Assembly (NCBI GenBank): GCA_011041895.1
Contig: DRAE01000043.1
Span: 1-41,072, forward strand
Reading direction: 5' to 3'
Source: Candidatus Bathyarchaeota archaeon
GTDB taxonomy: Archaea; Thermoproteota; DRAE01
DNA: 41,072 nt
Numbering within the stretch: position 1 is the stretch's first letter; each line of letters opens with the position of its first letter. The notes beneath the pieces are model-generated. The model had not been told where the DNA came from. It searched no databases and worked only from the letters and a program-made list of their open reading frames with translations. Both the position numbers and the translations under genes were made by a program. Shown piece by piece: positions 1 through 12,513 of the stretch.

Positions 1-1647
1 CTTGTGCCTGATATATCTGGTTCTTGCATTTTCAAGTGCTAGTGCTGCTGAGTCTATTTCAGCCTCTGCAGCTTCTATGCGTTCAAAGTATGAATTAAAT
101 TTACTGGATATGCTTGACAGTTTTGGTTTAAGAGTGGCAATTCTCCTATCTATTTCATCGATTCTCTTAGTCAGCTTTGAGACAGTGTCCCTGTACTGCT
201 TAACGCTTATCTTCTGCATGTAAAGTTGATCCTTGAGAGATAATTTTCTGATCATCAGTGAAACTTTCTCTTGTTGCAGCTGACAGAATTCGGTTACCGC
301 CTTCTCCTCGGATTTAGTGAGCTTCCTTTTCTCTTCCCTTGGGATTAGACGCATTACTGTGGAACGCTTTAAGTAAATGGCATAACCGATTATGACTAGA
401 ATAGCCAATGTAAGCAAGGGTCTAACCACGGTTGAGAATATTAAGTACTTCACTTCGATCTCAAGATTTTTCGTTGGGAATAAACAGGTATGCACAAAAT
501 GTGCCACTATTTTCTGGCATAGTGGCATGCCCTCTACTTTGCAGTCGACATTACAGTTGGAGAATGAGGATAAGGCAGGTAAGTCGACTATTAGCGTTAC
601 ATTTTCAGCAGGGATCTCTATGTCAGAGTATAGTGGTGGAATGATGATCTTTGATGTGAGTATGTCGATATCTTTAACAAAGGTTTCAAGAGGAGAAGTA
701 TATGTTAAGACCAGATGGTACTTGTTTCCATTCTTTAGATGAAATCTGAAGGGAACTGTTACGTTCGTTGCAGCATTATCTAACCCAAGTTTGACGGTTG
801 CAATTATTGGCCCATCATCGTCGAAAACGTAAATGTCTCTCGTACCTGGGGGAAGATGAAATGTTCTTTTGTCAACGAAGTTTCCACCGTAATGCTCGAT
901 GTATATTTCATCTCTGACATGCACTCCACTAAGTGGATCTATGCTCACTCTTCTAATCATTTTCGTGATCACTAGTTTAGCTGAGAGAGGGGAGGTGTAT
1001 CTGATGCTGTAGACTGGAGATGATAATGCGTTAAAGGATCGGCAGGAATAGTTTAGGGCAGGCATTCCACCAATCGTCGTCTTTGAAAATTCTGTTACAT
1101 TTGATGATTGAGATGTTACATCAGGAGCGAATTTGATGGTACATGTGTACCTTGATAAATTGTATTCAAGTATTGGACCAAGTGGGAGAATTCCTTCAAA
1201 GTTGTCTTGGCCAGTGCAGTTTATGACGTTTGCAAGTGCAAATGTCACGTTCAGATAGCTGTAGTTTCCATCTAACAGATTTGAAGCATAAATGACTATG
1301 CTGAGATAGTCATTTTCCATAGTTTGCACGGGTAGCTTTTCCCCTAGAGGATTAAATGCCTGGATACCATATATCCTATTTCTAAATATTAAGGGAATTG
1401 AAAATCTGAATACGCCAGCTAATATACTTGAGTTAAAGAAGTATGTCTGGTTTATCACGACTAGACAAGTTCTTTTAACGTCAACTAACCATGAAGCGTT
1501 TAGGGCATGTATCTCAGGCTGATGTGACTCTCTAATATAGGGAATATAGTCTAAGTTCGCTGAAGCCATGGATACGGGAAATGACAGCAGTATTGTAAGT
1601 GTGATTGCTAATAGTGCTAGCCTTTTGATCAGCACCGCCCCCTTCAA
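1..1647 (-). CDS. Partial (C-terminus lies beyond the window start) secreted type I membrane glycoprotein with a cytoplasmic coiled-coil tail; function unknown
   Basis: My own reverse-strand translation gives an uninterrupted frame from TTG 1647 (alternative GTG 1635) to base 1. It is absent from the ORF track because it has no stop in the window. The N-terminus LIKRLALLAITLTILLSFPVSMASA looks like a signal peptide. There are 11 N-x-S/T sequons, one TM segment (VVRPLLTLAILVIIGYAIYL), then a K/E/R-rich heptad-like tail. Confidence 0.7.
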   Translation of the reverse strand, partial: MKGAVLIKRLALLAITLTILLSFPVSMASANLDYIPYIRESHQPEIHALNASWLVDVKRTCLVVINQTYFFNSSILAGVFRFSIPLIFRNRIYGIQAFNPLGEKLPVQTMENDYLSIVIYASNLLDGNYSYLNVTFALANVINCTGQDNFEGILPLGPILEYNLSRYTCTIKFAPDVTSQSSNVTEFSKTTIGGMPALNYSCRSFNALSSPVYSIRYTSPLSAKLVITKMIRRVSIDPLSGVHVRDEIYIEHYGGNFVDKRTFHLPPGTRDIYVFDDDGPIIATVKLGLDNAATNVTVPFRFHLKNGNKYHLVLTYTSPLETFVKDIDILTSKIIIPPLYSDIEIPAENVTLIVDLPALSSFSNCNVDCKVEGMPLCQKIVAHFVHTCLFPTKNLEIEVKYLIFSTVVRPLLTLAILVIIGYAIYLKRSTVMRLIPREEKRKLTKSEEKAVTEFCQLQQEKVSLMIRKLSLKDQLYMQKISVKQYRDTVSKLTKRIDEIDRRIATLKPKLSSISSKFNSYFERIEAAEAEIDSAALALENARTRYIRHK

Positions 1648-1713
1648 GCCATGTCCAAGCTATTTTACATATCAACTTATTTGAAGTAAATATAAGTGGT
1701 TATGGTGTATGGC

Positions 1714-2775
1714 ATGAAGGTTTGGCTCGATGCACTTACTGGAAAACAGATTCTGCTTGCAAAGTGTATTGCGGATGAGCTAGAAAGAAGAGGTGCTAAA
1801 ACCATTATCACGACAAGAAAATTTAAGGGAACACTTGAGATGGCCGAGTATGTCGGCTTGAAAAATCCCATAGTAATCGGAGATTATGGGAGGACTTTAC
1901 AGGAGAAGTTAAGGAAAAGTCTTGAGAGAAGTTTAAAGCTTATAGACGTAATCTCAGATTTCGACCCTGACCTCTGCATTTCACATTTTTCACCAGACGC
2001 TGGAAGAGTCACGATAGGGTTGGGGGTGAAGCATATATGCACACATGATACTCCACAGGTGCATTACATCATCAGGATGTCTGGAATGATTGTCGAAAAG
2101 ATAATGATCCCGAAGATAATGACCTCTAAAAGTTACTTTCCAGTCTCATATAAGGTTGTTAAACTTAGAGGGCCATTCTCTGCTATCTGGATGAAAAAAT
2201 TTAAACCATCGCGCAAAGAACTTGAGGAAAAAGGTTTGGATTTAGACAAGCCAATAGTCACTATAAGAACACATGAAGTATACGCATCCTATTCAACCCA
2301 TAGAAGCTTTGACAGCGACTTTATGATTCCGCTCGTCAAGAAACTTATAAAGAGGTTTCCAGAGTACCAATTTGTCATTTTACCAAGATATAGTGGCCAA
2401 GAGAGAATCTATGAAAAAGTCTCGAACAAGCTGATCGTTGTTAAGGATTTCATATATGCTCCCAATCTACTGAGTTTCTCCAAGCTTCTCATATGTGGTG
2501 GAGGAAGTATGATAGAGGAGGCAGCCTTTCTGGGAGTTCCAAGCATATCAGTTTACCCTGGAAAGTATGAGATAACAGAATTTCTTGTCAGGAAGAAAGC
2601 GGCATTTAAGGCCTCAAGCGTTGAAGAAGCTTACAAGCTTAGCTGTGAGATACTATCTAAGCCGGAGAATATGAAAGATGAATGGGGAGCTCACGTTAGG
2701 GAAATGCTATGGAGAATATTTGACGATCCCCTACCCCAGATAGCTGATGAAGCATTTAAGACTATAGAATCATAA
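1714..2775 (+). CDS. DUF354-like archaeal protein (GT-B / epimerase-like fold family), function unknown
   Basis: ORF 1696..2775. ATG 1714 (MKVWLDALTGKQ) fits the usual N-terminus of this family. Size is about 350 aa, with a C-terminal GGGSM..EAA..G.P motif typical of GT-B-type proteins. Family assignment is from memory. Confidence 0.6.
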   Translation: MKVWLDALTGKQILLAKCIADELERRGAKTIITTRKFKGTLEMAEYVGLKNPIVIGDYGRTLQEKLRKSLERSLKLIDVISDFDPDLCISHFSPDAGRVTIGLGVKHICTHDTPQVHYIIRMSGMIVEKIMIPKIMTSKSYFPVSYKVVKLRGPFSAIWMKKFKPSRKELEEKGLDLDKPIVTIRTHEVYASYSTHRSFDSDFMIPLVKKLIKRFPEYQFVILPRYSGQERIYEKVSNKLIVVKDFIYAPNLLSFSKLLICGGGSMIEEAAFLGVPSISVYPGKYEITEFLVRKKAAFKASSVEEAYKLSCEILSKPENMKDEWGAHVREMLWRIFDDPLPQIADEAFKTIES

Positions 2776-2801
2776 ATAGAGTTTCGAATGGGTGAGGGGA
2801 T

Positions 2802-3113
2802 ATGGATGAGATACTGTATCCCATATTAATTCAAATGGGGGCCGGATTCTTTATAGGGTTTGCGGTAGGATATGCTCTCAAGAAGCTAATAAAGATTCTA
2901 ATAGTTTTAGCGGGGCTGTTTTTCATGCTGCTGCTTGCAATGGAGTACTATGGGATAGTCTCTATAAAATACGATAAATTGCTTGAGGCAGTTGAAAATC
3001 TCATAGGTGGAGTAAGTGGCGAGGCTCAGGGAATATATGCTCACATAGTAGCGCATCTACCATTTGCAGCAGCGTTTATACCAGGATTTGCATTTGGAGT
3101 GAAGAAAGGTTAA
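2802..3113 (+). CDS. FUN14-family small membrane protein
   Basis: 103 aa. The GAGFFIGFAVGYALKKLIKILIVLAGLFFMLL pattern is typical of FUN14 proteins, and there are three hydrophobic segments. Confidence 0.6.
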   Translation: MDEILYPILIQMGAGFFIGFAVGYALKKLIKILIVLAGLFFMLLLAMEYYGIVSIKYDKLLEAVENLIGGVSGEAQGIYAHIVAHLPFAAAFIPGFAFGVKKG

Positions 3114-3120
3114 AAGCAGG

Positions 3121-3197
3121 TGGTTGCGGGGGGAGGATTTGAACCTCCGACCTCCGGGTTATGAGCCCGGCGGGATACCAGGCTTCCCCACCCCGCA
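3121..3197 (-). tRNA. tRNA with CAU anticodon (elongator Met or Ile2), CCA encoded
   Basis: Hand-folded cloverleaf on the minus strand: acceptor UGCGGGG/CCCCGCA, D arm GGGA..UCCC, anticodon arm CCGGG-CUCAUAA-CCCGG, T arm GGAGG-UUCAAAU-CCUCC, discriminator A, then CCA. Confidence 0.85.
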
Positions 3198-3234
3198 ATG
3201 CTCAAAAAATTAACTGTGAGGAGATATTTTAATT

Positions 3235-3471
3235 TTATGAAGTCACCGTCAACATGGTAAGTGTTGACCTAACCTTGTCAATTGTTCGGATTTTCCATCT
3301 AATGATGTTCTTCAGGGACTCGATGTTGTCCGCATTTATCTTGGCAATGATGTCATAGACTCCATAGACAATATAGGCTTCCTCGATCTCTGGGATCTTC
3401 TTCAGCTGCTCTAGAACCTCCTTTTCAGCTCCAATTTCGGTATTTATGAGCACATATGCAATAGCAGACAT
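3235..3471 (-). CDS. Stand-alone Lrp/AsnC-type ligand-binding (RAM) domain protein
   Basis: 78 aa. The pattern AYVLINTE.G.E.EV...L..IPEI.EAY.VYG.YDIIAKI is characteristic of the AsnC/RAM fold. Confidence 0.7.
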   Translation of the reverse strand: MSAIAYVLINTEIGAEKEVLEQLKKIPEIEEAYIVYGVYDIIAKINADNIESLKNIIRWKIRTIDKVRSTLTMLTVTS

Positions 3472-3552
3472 GCTTCCACCACTCTCAGCTTTATCCTTAA
3501 AAGTAATTGTCCTTCTCCAGATTTAAAAGTAGCTCATTTAGAGGGGATTAAT

Positions 3553-3810
3553 GGCGAGGCAACGGTAATATGCCTTCTGCTTCTAGGGCTTCATCAGTCT
3601 AAGCGGGGGAAACCCCCTTATCTCCAGGGGCTGCACGCCGTTTCAACCAACCCGTCAGCATCGTCAAGTCATTCTCATCTGCTGACGGGGGTGCCGTTTC
3701 TGTTCGTGCAGTAGCGCTTTCGCGCTGCTGCCTTGCGGCAGCCCCCAAAAGACGGAGGGCATAATTTTCTCGGGAGCCTTAGGCTCCCGAGGAAGCCCCG
3801 TTGCCTCGCC
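3553..3810 (-). ncRNA. rnpB: GC-rich structured RNA, candidate compact RNase P RNA, directly downstream of 23S rRNA
   Basis: A perfect 13-bp terminal helix joins 3553-3565 to 3798-3810. GNRA tetraloop hairpins exist only in minus-strand sense: CUGCC-GCAA-GGCAG and AGCGC-GAAA-GCGCU. A P3-like hairpin is CUCGGGAGCC-UAA-GGCUCCCGAG. Long-range pairing UAUGCC/GGCAUA has contexts GAGAAAAUUAUGCC and GCAGAAGGCAUAUUAC, which resemble CR-I and CR-V (the P4 helix). ACAGAAACGG and GGUUGAAACGG flank a 10-bp stem. Identity is inferred by eye, not by a covariance model. Confidence 0.5.
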
Positions 3811-3811
3811 T

Positions 3812-3849
3812 CCACCGGGCATGTAGGCTGTCAACGCTCGACCAGCCCC
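3812..3849 (-). other. 3' half of the 23S rRNA processing stem (pairs with 6947-6985)
   Basis: Segment 3812-3830 is the reverse complement of 6967-6985, with one G.U pair. Segment 3838-3847 pairs with 6951-6960. This is the typical archaeal pre-rRNA helix that carries bulge-helix-bulge cleavage sites. Confidence 0.8.
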
Positions 3850-6946
<3,097 letters not shown>

Positions 6947-7052
6947 CAGGGCCGGTCGAGGTACGCCAGCCTACATGCCCAGTGGTCATCTTTTATATCC
7001 CACCGGATTCAGCCCGTAGACTAAAGCTACGGACCTCATCTAAAAGTGGGAT

Positions 7053-7071
7053 GGGGGAGGAATCGCTAGCG
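7053..7071 (-). other. 3' half of the 16S rRNA processing stem (pairs with 8603-8621)
   Basis: gggggaggaatcgctagcg at 7053-7071 is the exact reverse complement of 8603-8621, giving 19 bp that bracket the 16S gene. Confidence 0.85.
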
Positions 7072-7073
7072 GA

Positions 7074-8578
<1,505 letters not shown>

Positions 8579-8720
8579 TGACTGTACGGCCGCAAGGCCG
8601 TACGCTAGCGATTCCTCCCCCGTGTTCAGGGTTCTAATGAACCCCTCATTGTGTCGCCGCGGCTGGAGGCACCGCCTCATTGGTGGAACTCTCCTTGGCG
8701 GTGTGATACACCGCGGCAAT

Positions 8721-8948
8721 AATAATATTCCTCTAGGTCAATTTAAATTTTTGAAAGATAATATAAACATTTCTTACATCTACTGGCTGGATATAGTGTC
8801 AAAGGTTGAGGTTATTATAGAAGCGGTATTTTGGATGTGACTAAGCGTTACTTTACACTTAGACGGTTGATGAGCAAATTCAAGACCTCCAAGGGAAATA
8901 AATTTAGTAACCAATATATCCCACATATTTCATTAAATTATGATAGAT
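8721..8948. promoter_or_regulatory. AT-rich divergent promoter region for the rRNA operon (minus) and the tRNA cluster (plus)
   Basis: This is the only long AT-rich non-coding stretch between the 16S leader and tRNA-Ala. TATA-like elements are aatttaaattt near 8741 and aaataaattta near 8897. Exact boxes and transcription start sites were not determined. Confidence 0.4.
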
Positions 8949-9021
8949 GGGCCGGTGGCGCAGCTGGAAGCGCACCGCCCTTGCGAGGCGGGGGTCGTGG
9001 GTTCGAATCCCACCCGGTCCA
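8949..9021 (+). tRNA. tRNA-Ala (UGC)
   Basis: Cloverleaf with anticodon loop CUUGCGA. A G3:U70 pair is present (acceptor GGGCCGG/CCGGUCC). T loop is UUCGAAU. No CCA is encoded. Confidence 0.9.
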
Positions 9022-9035
9022 CTTAACCTGACCAT

Positions 9036-9111
9036 GGCCGGGATCGGCTAGTGGTTAGGCTGGCGGCCTGTGGAGCCGCCGAGGTGGGTTCGAATCCCAC
9101 TCCCGGCCCCA
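9036..9111 (+). tRNA. tRNA-His (GUG) with encoded G-1 and CCA
   Basis: An extra 5' G precedes acceptor GCCGGGA/UCCCGGC. Anticodon loop is CUGUGGA, discriminator is C, and CCA follows. Confidence 0.9.
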
Positions 9112-9114
9112 GAA

Positions 9115-9199
9115 GCGGGGGTTCCCGAGCCTGGCCGAAGGGGGCAGGCTTAGGACCTGCTGCCGTAGGGCTTCGTGGGTTCAAATCCCACCCCCCGCA
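9115..9199 (+). tRNA. tRNA-Leu (UAG), long variable arm
   Basis: Acceptor GCGGGGG/CCCCCGC, anticodon arm GCAGG-CUUAGGA-CCUGC, long variable arm, T loop UUCAAAU. Confidence 0.9.
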
Positions 9200-9202
9200 C
9201 TT

Positions 9203-9289
9203 GCCGTGGTGGCGGAGTGGTTAACGCGGCGGGCTCGAGACCCGCTGCCCCTTGGGGGCTCGCAGGTTCGAATCCTGCCCACGGCGCCA
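9203..9289 (+). tRNA. tRNA-Ser (CGA), long variable arm, CCA encoded
   Basis: Acceptor GCCGUGG/CCACGGC, anticodon arm GCGGG-CUCGAGA-CCCGC, long variable arm, discriminator G, then CCA. Confidence 0.9.
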
Positions 9290-9293
9290 ATAA

Positions 9294-9368
9294 GCCGGTG
9301 TAGCTCAGCCCGGTAGAGCGGCGGGCTGTTAACCCGTAGGTCGTGGGTTCAAATCCCACCACCGGCGC
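9294..9368 (+). tRNA. tRNA-Asn (GUU)
   Basis: Acceptor GCCGGUG/CACCGGC, anticodon loop CUGUUAA, T loop UUCAAAU. No CCA is encoded. Confidence 0.9.
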
Positions 9369-9385
9369 CTTTGTACTCTCTACTT

Positions 9386-10465
9386 TTAACCTTCAATTTC
9401 TGAGAGTTTATCTGGCAGGTAGTTGTCGACTACGTATGTTAATCCGTATCTGCTGAATGCCTGTTGCTCAGCCTTCTTGCGTAATTTCAAAAATAGTTTA
9501 ACCTTACTTTGCCAGAACTTGTTTTGGTAGCGAACGTCTTTTTCAAGCTCCTTCAGACGCTTAATGTCTTGGTCGTTCATCTTGTCTGTTGGAAGCTTGT
9601 ACTTTATGATGTCATCCGGCCAAACACCTATCCACTTTGCATCTGGTGTTGCAAGGTCTTTAATGTGAGCTGCATGAGCGGATCCAGATATTATAACCAT
9701 TGCAATATGCATTCCCCAAGGATCCCCGTCCGTGAAAATGTACACGGGTAAGCCGAGCTCTTTATTTAATCTTCTAATGAGCCATCTAGTTGACCTGGGA
9801 GCTTGTCCTCCAGTATGGATTAAAATTGCCTTGTATCTTTTATGAACCTGCTCCTCTATGAATCTATCGAACATACCTCCCGACTCTATAACGATTACTC
9901 TCTCAGCTTTACATTCTACAAATTCAGCTGATACAAGTGATGGACCTATCATTATGCCAGATGGGTGAGAGTCGAGCCATACACGTCTGCCCTCGTAACC
10001 TGGGCATGTATACTCTACAAGTAGTTCTCCAAATATAGCGCTTCTCTCCTCGGGGAATATATGAAACTCCTCTCTTGCAGTGTCCAGTAGCGCCTCCATG
10101 TCAGCGATGATCTCATTGGACTCTTGCTGTGACTTAAAGAATATACCATATGCTTCAGCTGAATAGTATACGTCTCTCAGCGTGCTGCTCTTGTTCGAGA
10201 GCATTAGCTGCCTGATAAAGTATGCAAGCCACACCAGTTGCGAGAACTTTTTAACGTGGCGGATGTTTTTGGAATAACGCTTTATACGCTTAGGCCCTAA
10301 AACATACTGTCTGAGAGTTTCATCATATACAATATTTGCAGACGATCTACTCGGAATTTCAATTAATGGAAATCTTCCGCCGTCGATCTGTTCACATATG
10401 TTGAGTCCAAGAGACTTAATCTCAGCTAGAATTTGCCTCCTTTTCAACTCTACCTTCCTTGCCAA
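9386..10465 (-). CDS. top6A: DNA topoisomerase VI subunit A (Spo11 homologue)
   Basis: 359 aa. Toprim signature IFTDGDPWG, a 5Y-CAP region, and a position immediately downstream of and overlapping top6B. Confidence 0.9.
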   Translation of the reverse strand: MARKVELKRRQILAEIKSLGLNICEQIDGGRFPLIEIPSRSSANIVYDETLRQYVLGPKRIKRYSKNIRHVKKFSQLVWLAYFIRQLMLSNKSSTLRDVYYSAEAYGIFFKSQQESNEIIADMEALLDTAREEFHIFPEERSAIFGELLVEYTCPGYEGRRVWLDSHPSGIMIGPSLVSAEFVECKAERVIVIESGGMFDRFIEEQVHKRYKAILIHTGGQAPRSTRWLIRRLNKELGLPVYIFTDGDPWGMHIAMVIISGSAHAAHIKDLATPDAKWIGVWPDDIIKYKLPTDKMNDQDIKRLKELEKDVRYQNKFWQSKVKLFLKLRKKAEQQAFSRYGLTYVVDNYLPDKLSEIEG

Positions 10466-11984
10466 TAGCCTCAGCCTCCAGCTTTTCTATAAGGGAGCTA
10501 TATTCCGGAGGCTCCCTTTCAGCAAGTTCAGACGCGAAAAACGCAATTTTAGACAGATACTTTTCGAGAATGGCCTTTCTCTTAAGGAATGAAGCCCTCC
10601 TCTTCTTCTTTGACAGATACAGTTTCAGCTTTCTAGCGCATTCAAGTAATGCCAGCTTTATTTCCTGATGAATTTCTGGGATGTCTGCGATATACTCCTT
10701 GCACAGTGTCCTATATGGGAGTTTATCGGAGCAAACATGGGTCACTATGACTATTGGAGCCTGCATTGGAACTCCGTATCGGCTCCACTTAATCTCATCT
10801 ACAACTTTTTTACTCACATCCTCTGAAAGAGAGTGGAGAAGTGGAACTTTGTTTGCATACCTTATGATTTTAAAAGAGTCCTTGGGTTTAATTTCGCCTC
10901 CATATGCCAAGGCGCACTCTACTATGAAAGCATGGCCTCTATATGATGAGGGCTTTCTCGCTGAAACAGCTATAAACTCCGGTAAAAGCTCTTTCCTTAT
11001 TCCCTCGTAGAGAATATGATCACCTATAGGTGAAAGGTGCCCACTTTGCGGTCTCTCAAACCTAACGTGTCGAAAAGCATCGAGTAAGGCCTTTCTCTGG
11101 GAAATTGTAAGCTTCTTGGGATTCAAGCTCTCAGGAATACCTGCCTTCCTCAAAATCTCTATTGCCCTTTTCCTACCAATCCTCTGAAAGTTATCCATTA
11201 GAAAGGAGATCATATCCTTGGATCTAGAGTGTAGAATTATCTCCTTAAGCTGCTCCAAGTCAACACCATGCGGATGATACACTGTTTCTTTTGGGGGTTC
11301 TGGCACTTCAGAGATACCCCTCTTAAACTCATAGACTACTCCATGAGGATCAATAAAGACTATATGTGCATGAGGATTGGCGATGGCGGTATTTTTCAAG
11401 TATTCCAGTATTCTGTGCCTAGCATTTCTGTAATTTCCTTTTATGAAGACGCTTACCAATGTACCTCTCCAAGCAAAGTTTGCCACATACCTCTTACAGC
11501 TTATTATGTGCGGCTTGTTTTCCGAGACCTCCATTAAAAGCTCAAAGTAGTATATGTTTCTGCCATCAGAGCTTGATATAACTGTAGTAGGGTAATGCGC
11601 TGTCATTTGACCGTATAAGATAACATTTTTGATGCCTATTCCAAAAACTCCTCTCGTTTGTTTCGTAGTATATTTTGACCCGTAAAGCATACTACCAAAC
11701 GCAAATGGAACATTAAACGCTGGAACACCTGATCCATTATCCCAAACTAAAATGTTAAATATTCTCTTATCGGGATCCACTTCGAGAATTCGGATAAAGA
11801 TTTCAGGTAAAACTCTAGCTTCTTCACACGCATCCAGACTGTTATCGACTAGTTCTTTAACAGACGTGTAAAGAGCTTTAGAAGGATTTTCAAACCCGGT
11901 TAAAGAGATATACTCTTGAATTAACTTTGATATTGTTATTCGCTTATACTTCTTGCCCAAACTCATGGTAGTATCCTCTTTCAA
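10422..11984 (-). CDS. top6B: DNA topoisomerase VI subunit B (GHKL ATPase)
   Basis: 520 aa. Bergerat-fold motifs ELVDNSLDA, DNGSG and GVFGIG. The start could instead be ATG 11966 (MSLGKK). Confidence 0.9.
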   Translation of the reverse strand: MKEDTTMSLGKKYKRITISKLIQEYISLTGFENPSKALYTSVKELVDNSLDACEEARVLPEIFIRILEVDPDKRIFNILVWDNGSGVPAFNVPFAFGSMLYGSKYTTKQTRGVFGIGIKNVILYGQMTAHYPTTVISSSDGRNIYYFELLMEVSENKPHIISCKRYVANFAWRGTLVSVFIKGNYRNARHRILEYLKNTAIANPHAHIVFIDPHGVVYEFKRGISEVPEPPKETVYHPHGVDLEQLKEIILHSRSKDMISFLMDNFQRIGRKRAIEILRKAGIPESLNPKKLTISQRKALLDAFRHVRFERPQSGHLSPIGDHILYEGIRKELLPEFIAVSARKPSSYRGHAFIVECALAYGGEIKPKDSFKIIRYANKVPLLHSLSEDVSKKVVDEIKWSRYGVPMQAPIVIVTHVCSDKLPYRTLCKEYIADIPEIHQEIKLALLECARKLKLYLSKKKRRASFLKRKAILEKYLSKIAFFASELAEREPPEYSSLIEKLEAEAIGKEGRVEKEANSS

Positions 11985-12513
11985 GGGCCATTAGGCGAGC
12001 CTGCTCTCTCTTTAGGAACCTAAACACTGTTGGATGGGGGGCGCCGCGTATAAGCATTAGAACAGCTTTCTTAGCTGACTTCACGTTCTCGTATTTGCCT
12101 ATCACGGCAACTGTTTTCCTATATACCTCCAGCATAGTGTCGGTGTACTCTTCGATTTTCTTCCAAGCTTTTCCCTTTCTGCCTATGATTCTACCTTTAA
12201 CTCTTCTATATTCCTCCTCTTTGTCTGGGAGATACTCTGAGAGATCTATTACTTCAAGCATATACTCGTCTGAGAGAAGCTTTAACGCCTTCTGGGGATT
12301 GAAGCCAAGCGCTATGGCACGGACAATTTCTCTAGCTTTCATACCATTTAACATGTCATCGAAGAGTATTTTAACAGCTCCAGTAGAGCTGTCGACCTCT
12401 ATCTTAGTGGAGGTCAACTTCTCGATCATGGACTTAACTTCGCCCTTCTTCCCTATCAGTACGCCTACGCGGTCGAGTGGAACGTTTAAATATATTATGT
12501 TTTTCTCACTCAC
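11944..12513 (-). CDS. KH-domain RNA-binding protein (archaeal Dim2/Pno1-like)
   Basis: 189 aa with two KH-type GxxG motifs (IGKKGE, IGRKGK). Conserved archaeal neighbourhood with Rio kinase, aIF1A and aIF2beta. Confidence 0.8.
   Translation of the reverse strand: MSEKNIIYLNVPLDRVGVLIGKKGEVKSMIEKLTSTKIEVDSSTGAVKILFDDMLNGMKAREIVRAIALGFNPQKALKLLSDEYMLEVIDLSEYLPDKEEEYRRVKGRIIGRKGKAWKKIEEYTDTMLEVYRKTVAVIGKYENVKSAKKAVLMLIRGAPHPTVFRFLKREQARLMALERGYYHEFGQEV

Noticed and set aside
392-742. Plus-strand ORFs of 116 and 70 aa, and ORF 2..223
   Set aside because: They are antisense to the long uninterrupted minus-strand glycoprotein frame and have no recognisable motifs.
3553-3810. Alternative reading of the structured RNA as a plus-strand SRP (7S) RNA. 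It has a terminal helix like archaeal helix 1 and a GGUAAUA near the 5' end.
   Set aside because: There is no helix-8-type GGAA/AGCA loop motif in the middle. The plus-strand tetraloops are UUGC and UUUC rather than GNRA. The RNase P-like CR-I and CR-V pairing appears only in minus-strand sense.
8860-8948. Possible C/D box sRNA, because a UGAUGA occurs at about 8871
   Set aside because: There is no CUGA D box at a suitable distance and no terminal pairing. The reverse strand also lacks box motifs.
9150-9362. 70-aa minus-strand ORF
   Set aside because: It is antisense to the tRNA-Leu, tRNA-Ser and tRNA-Asn genes. It is a GC-rich artefact.
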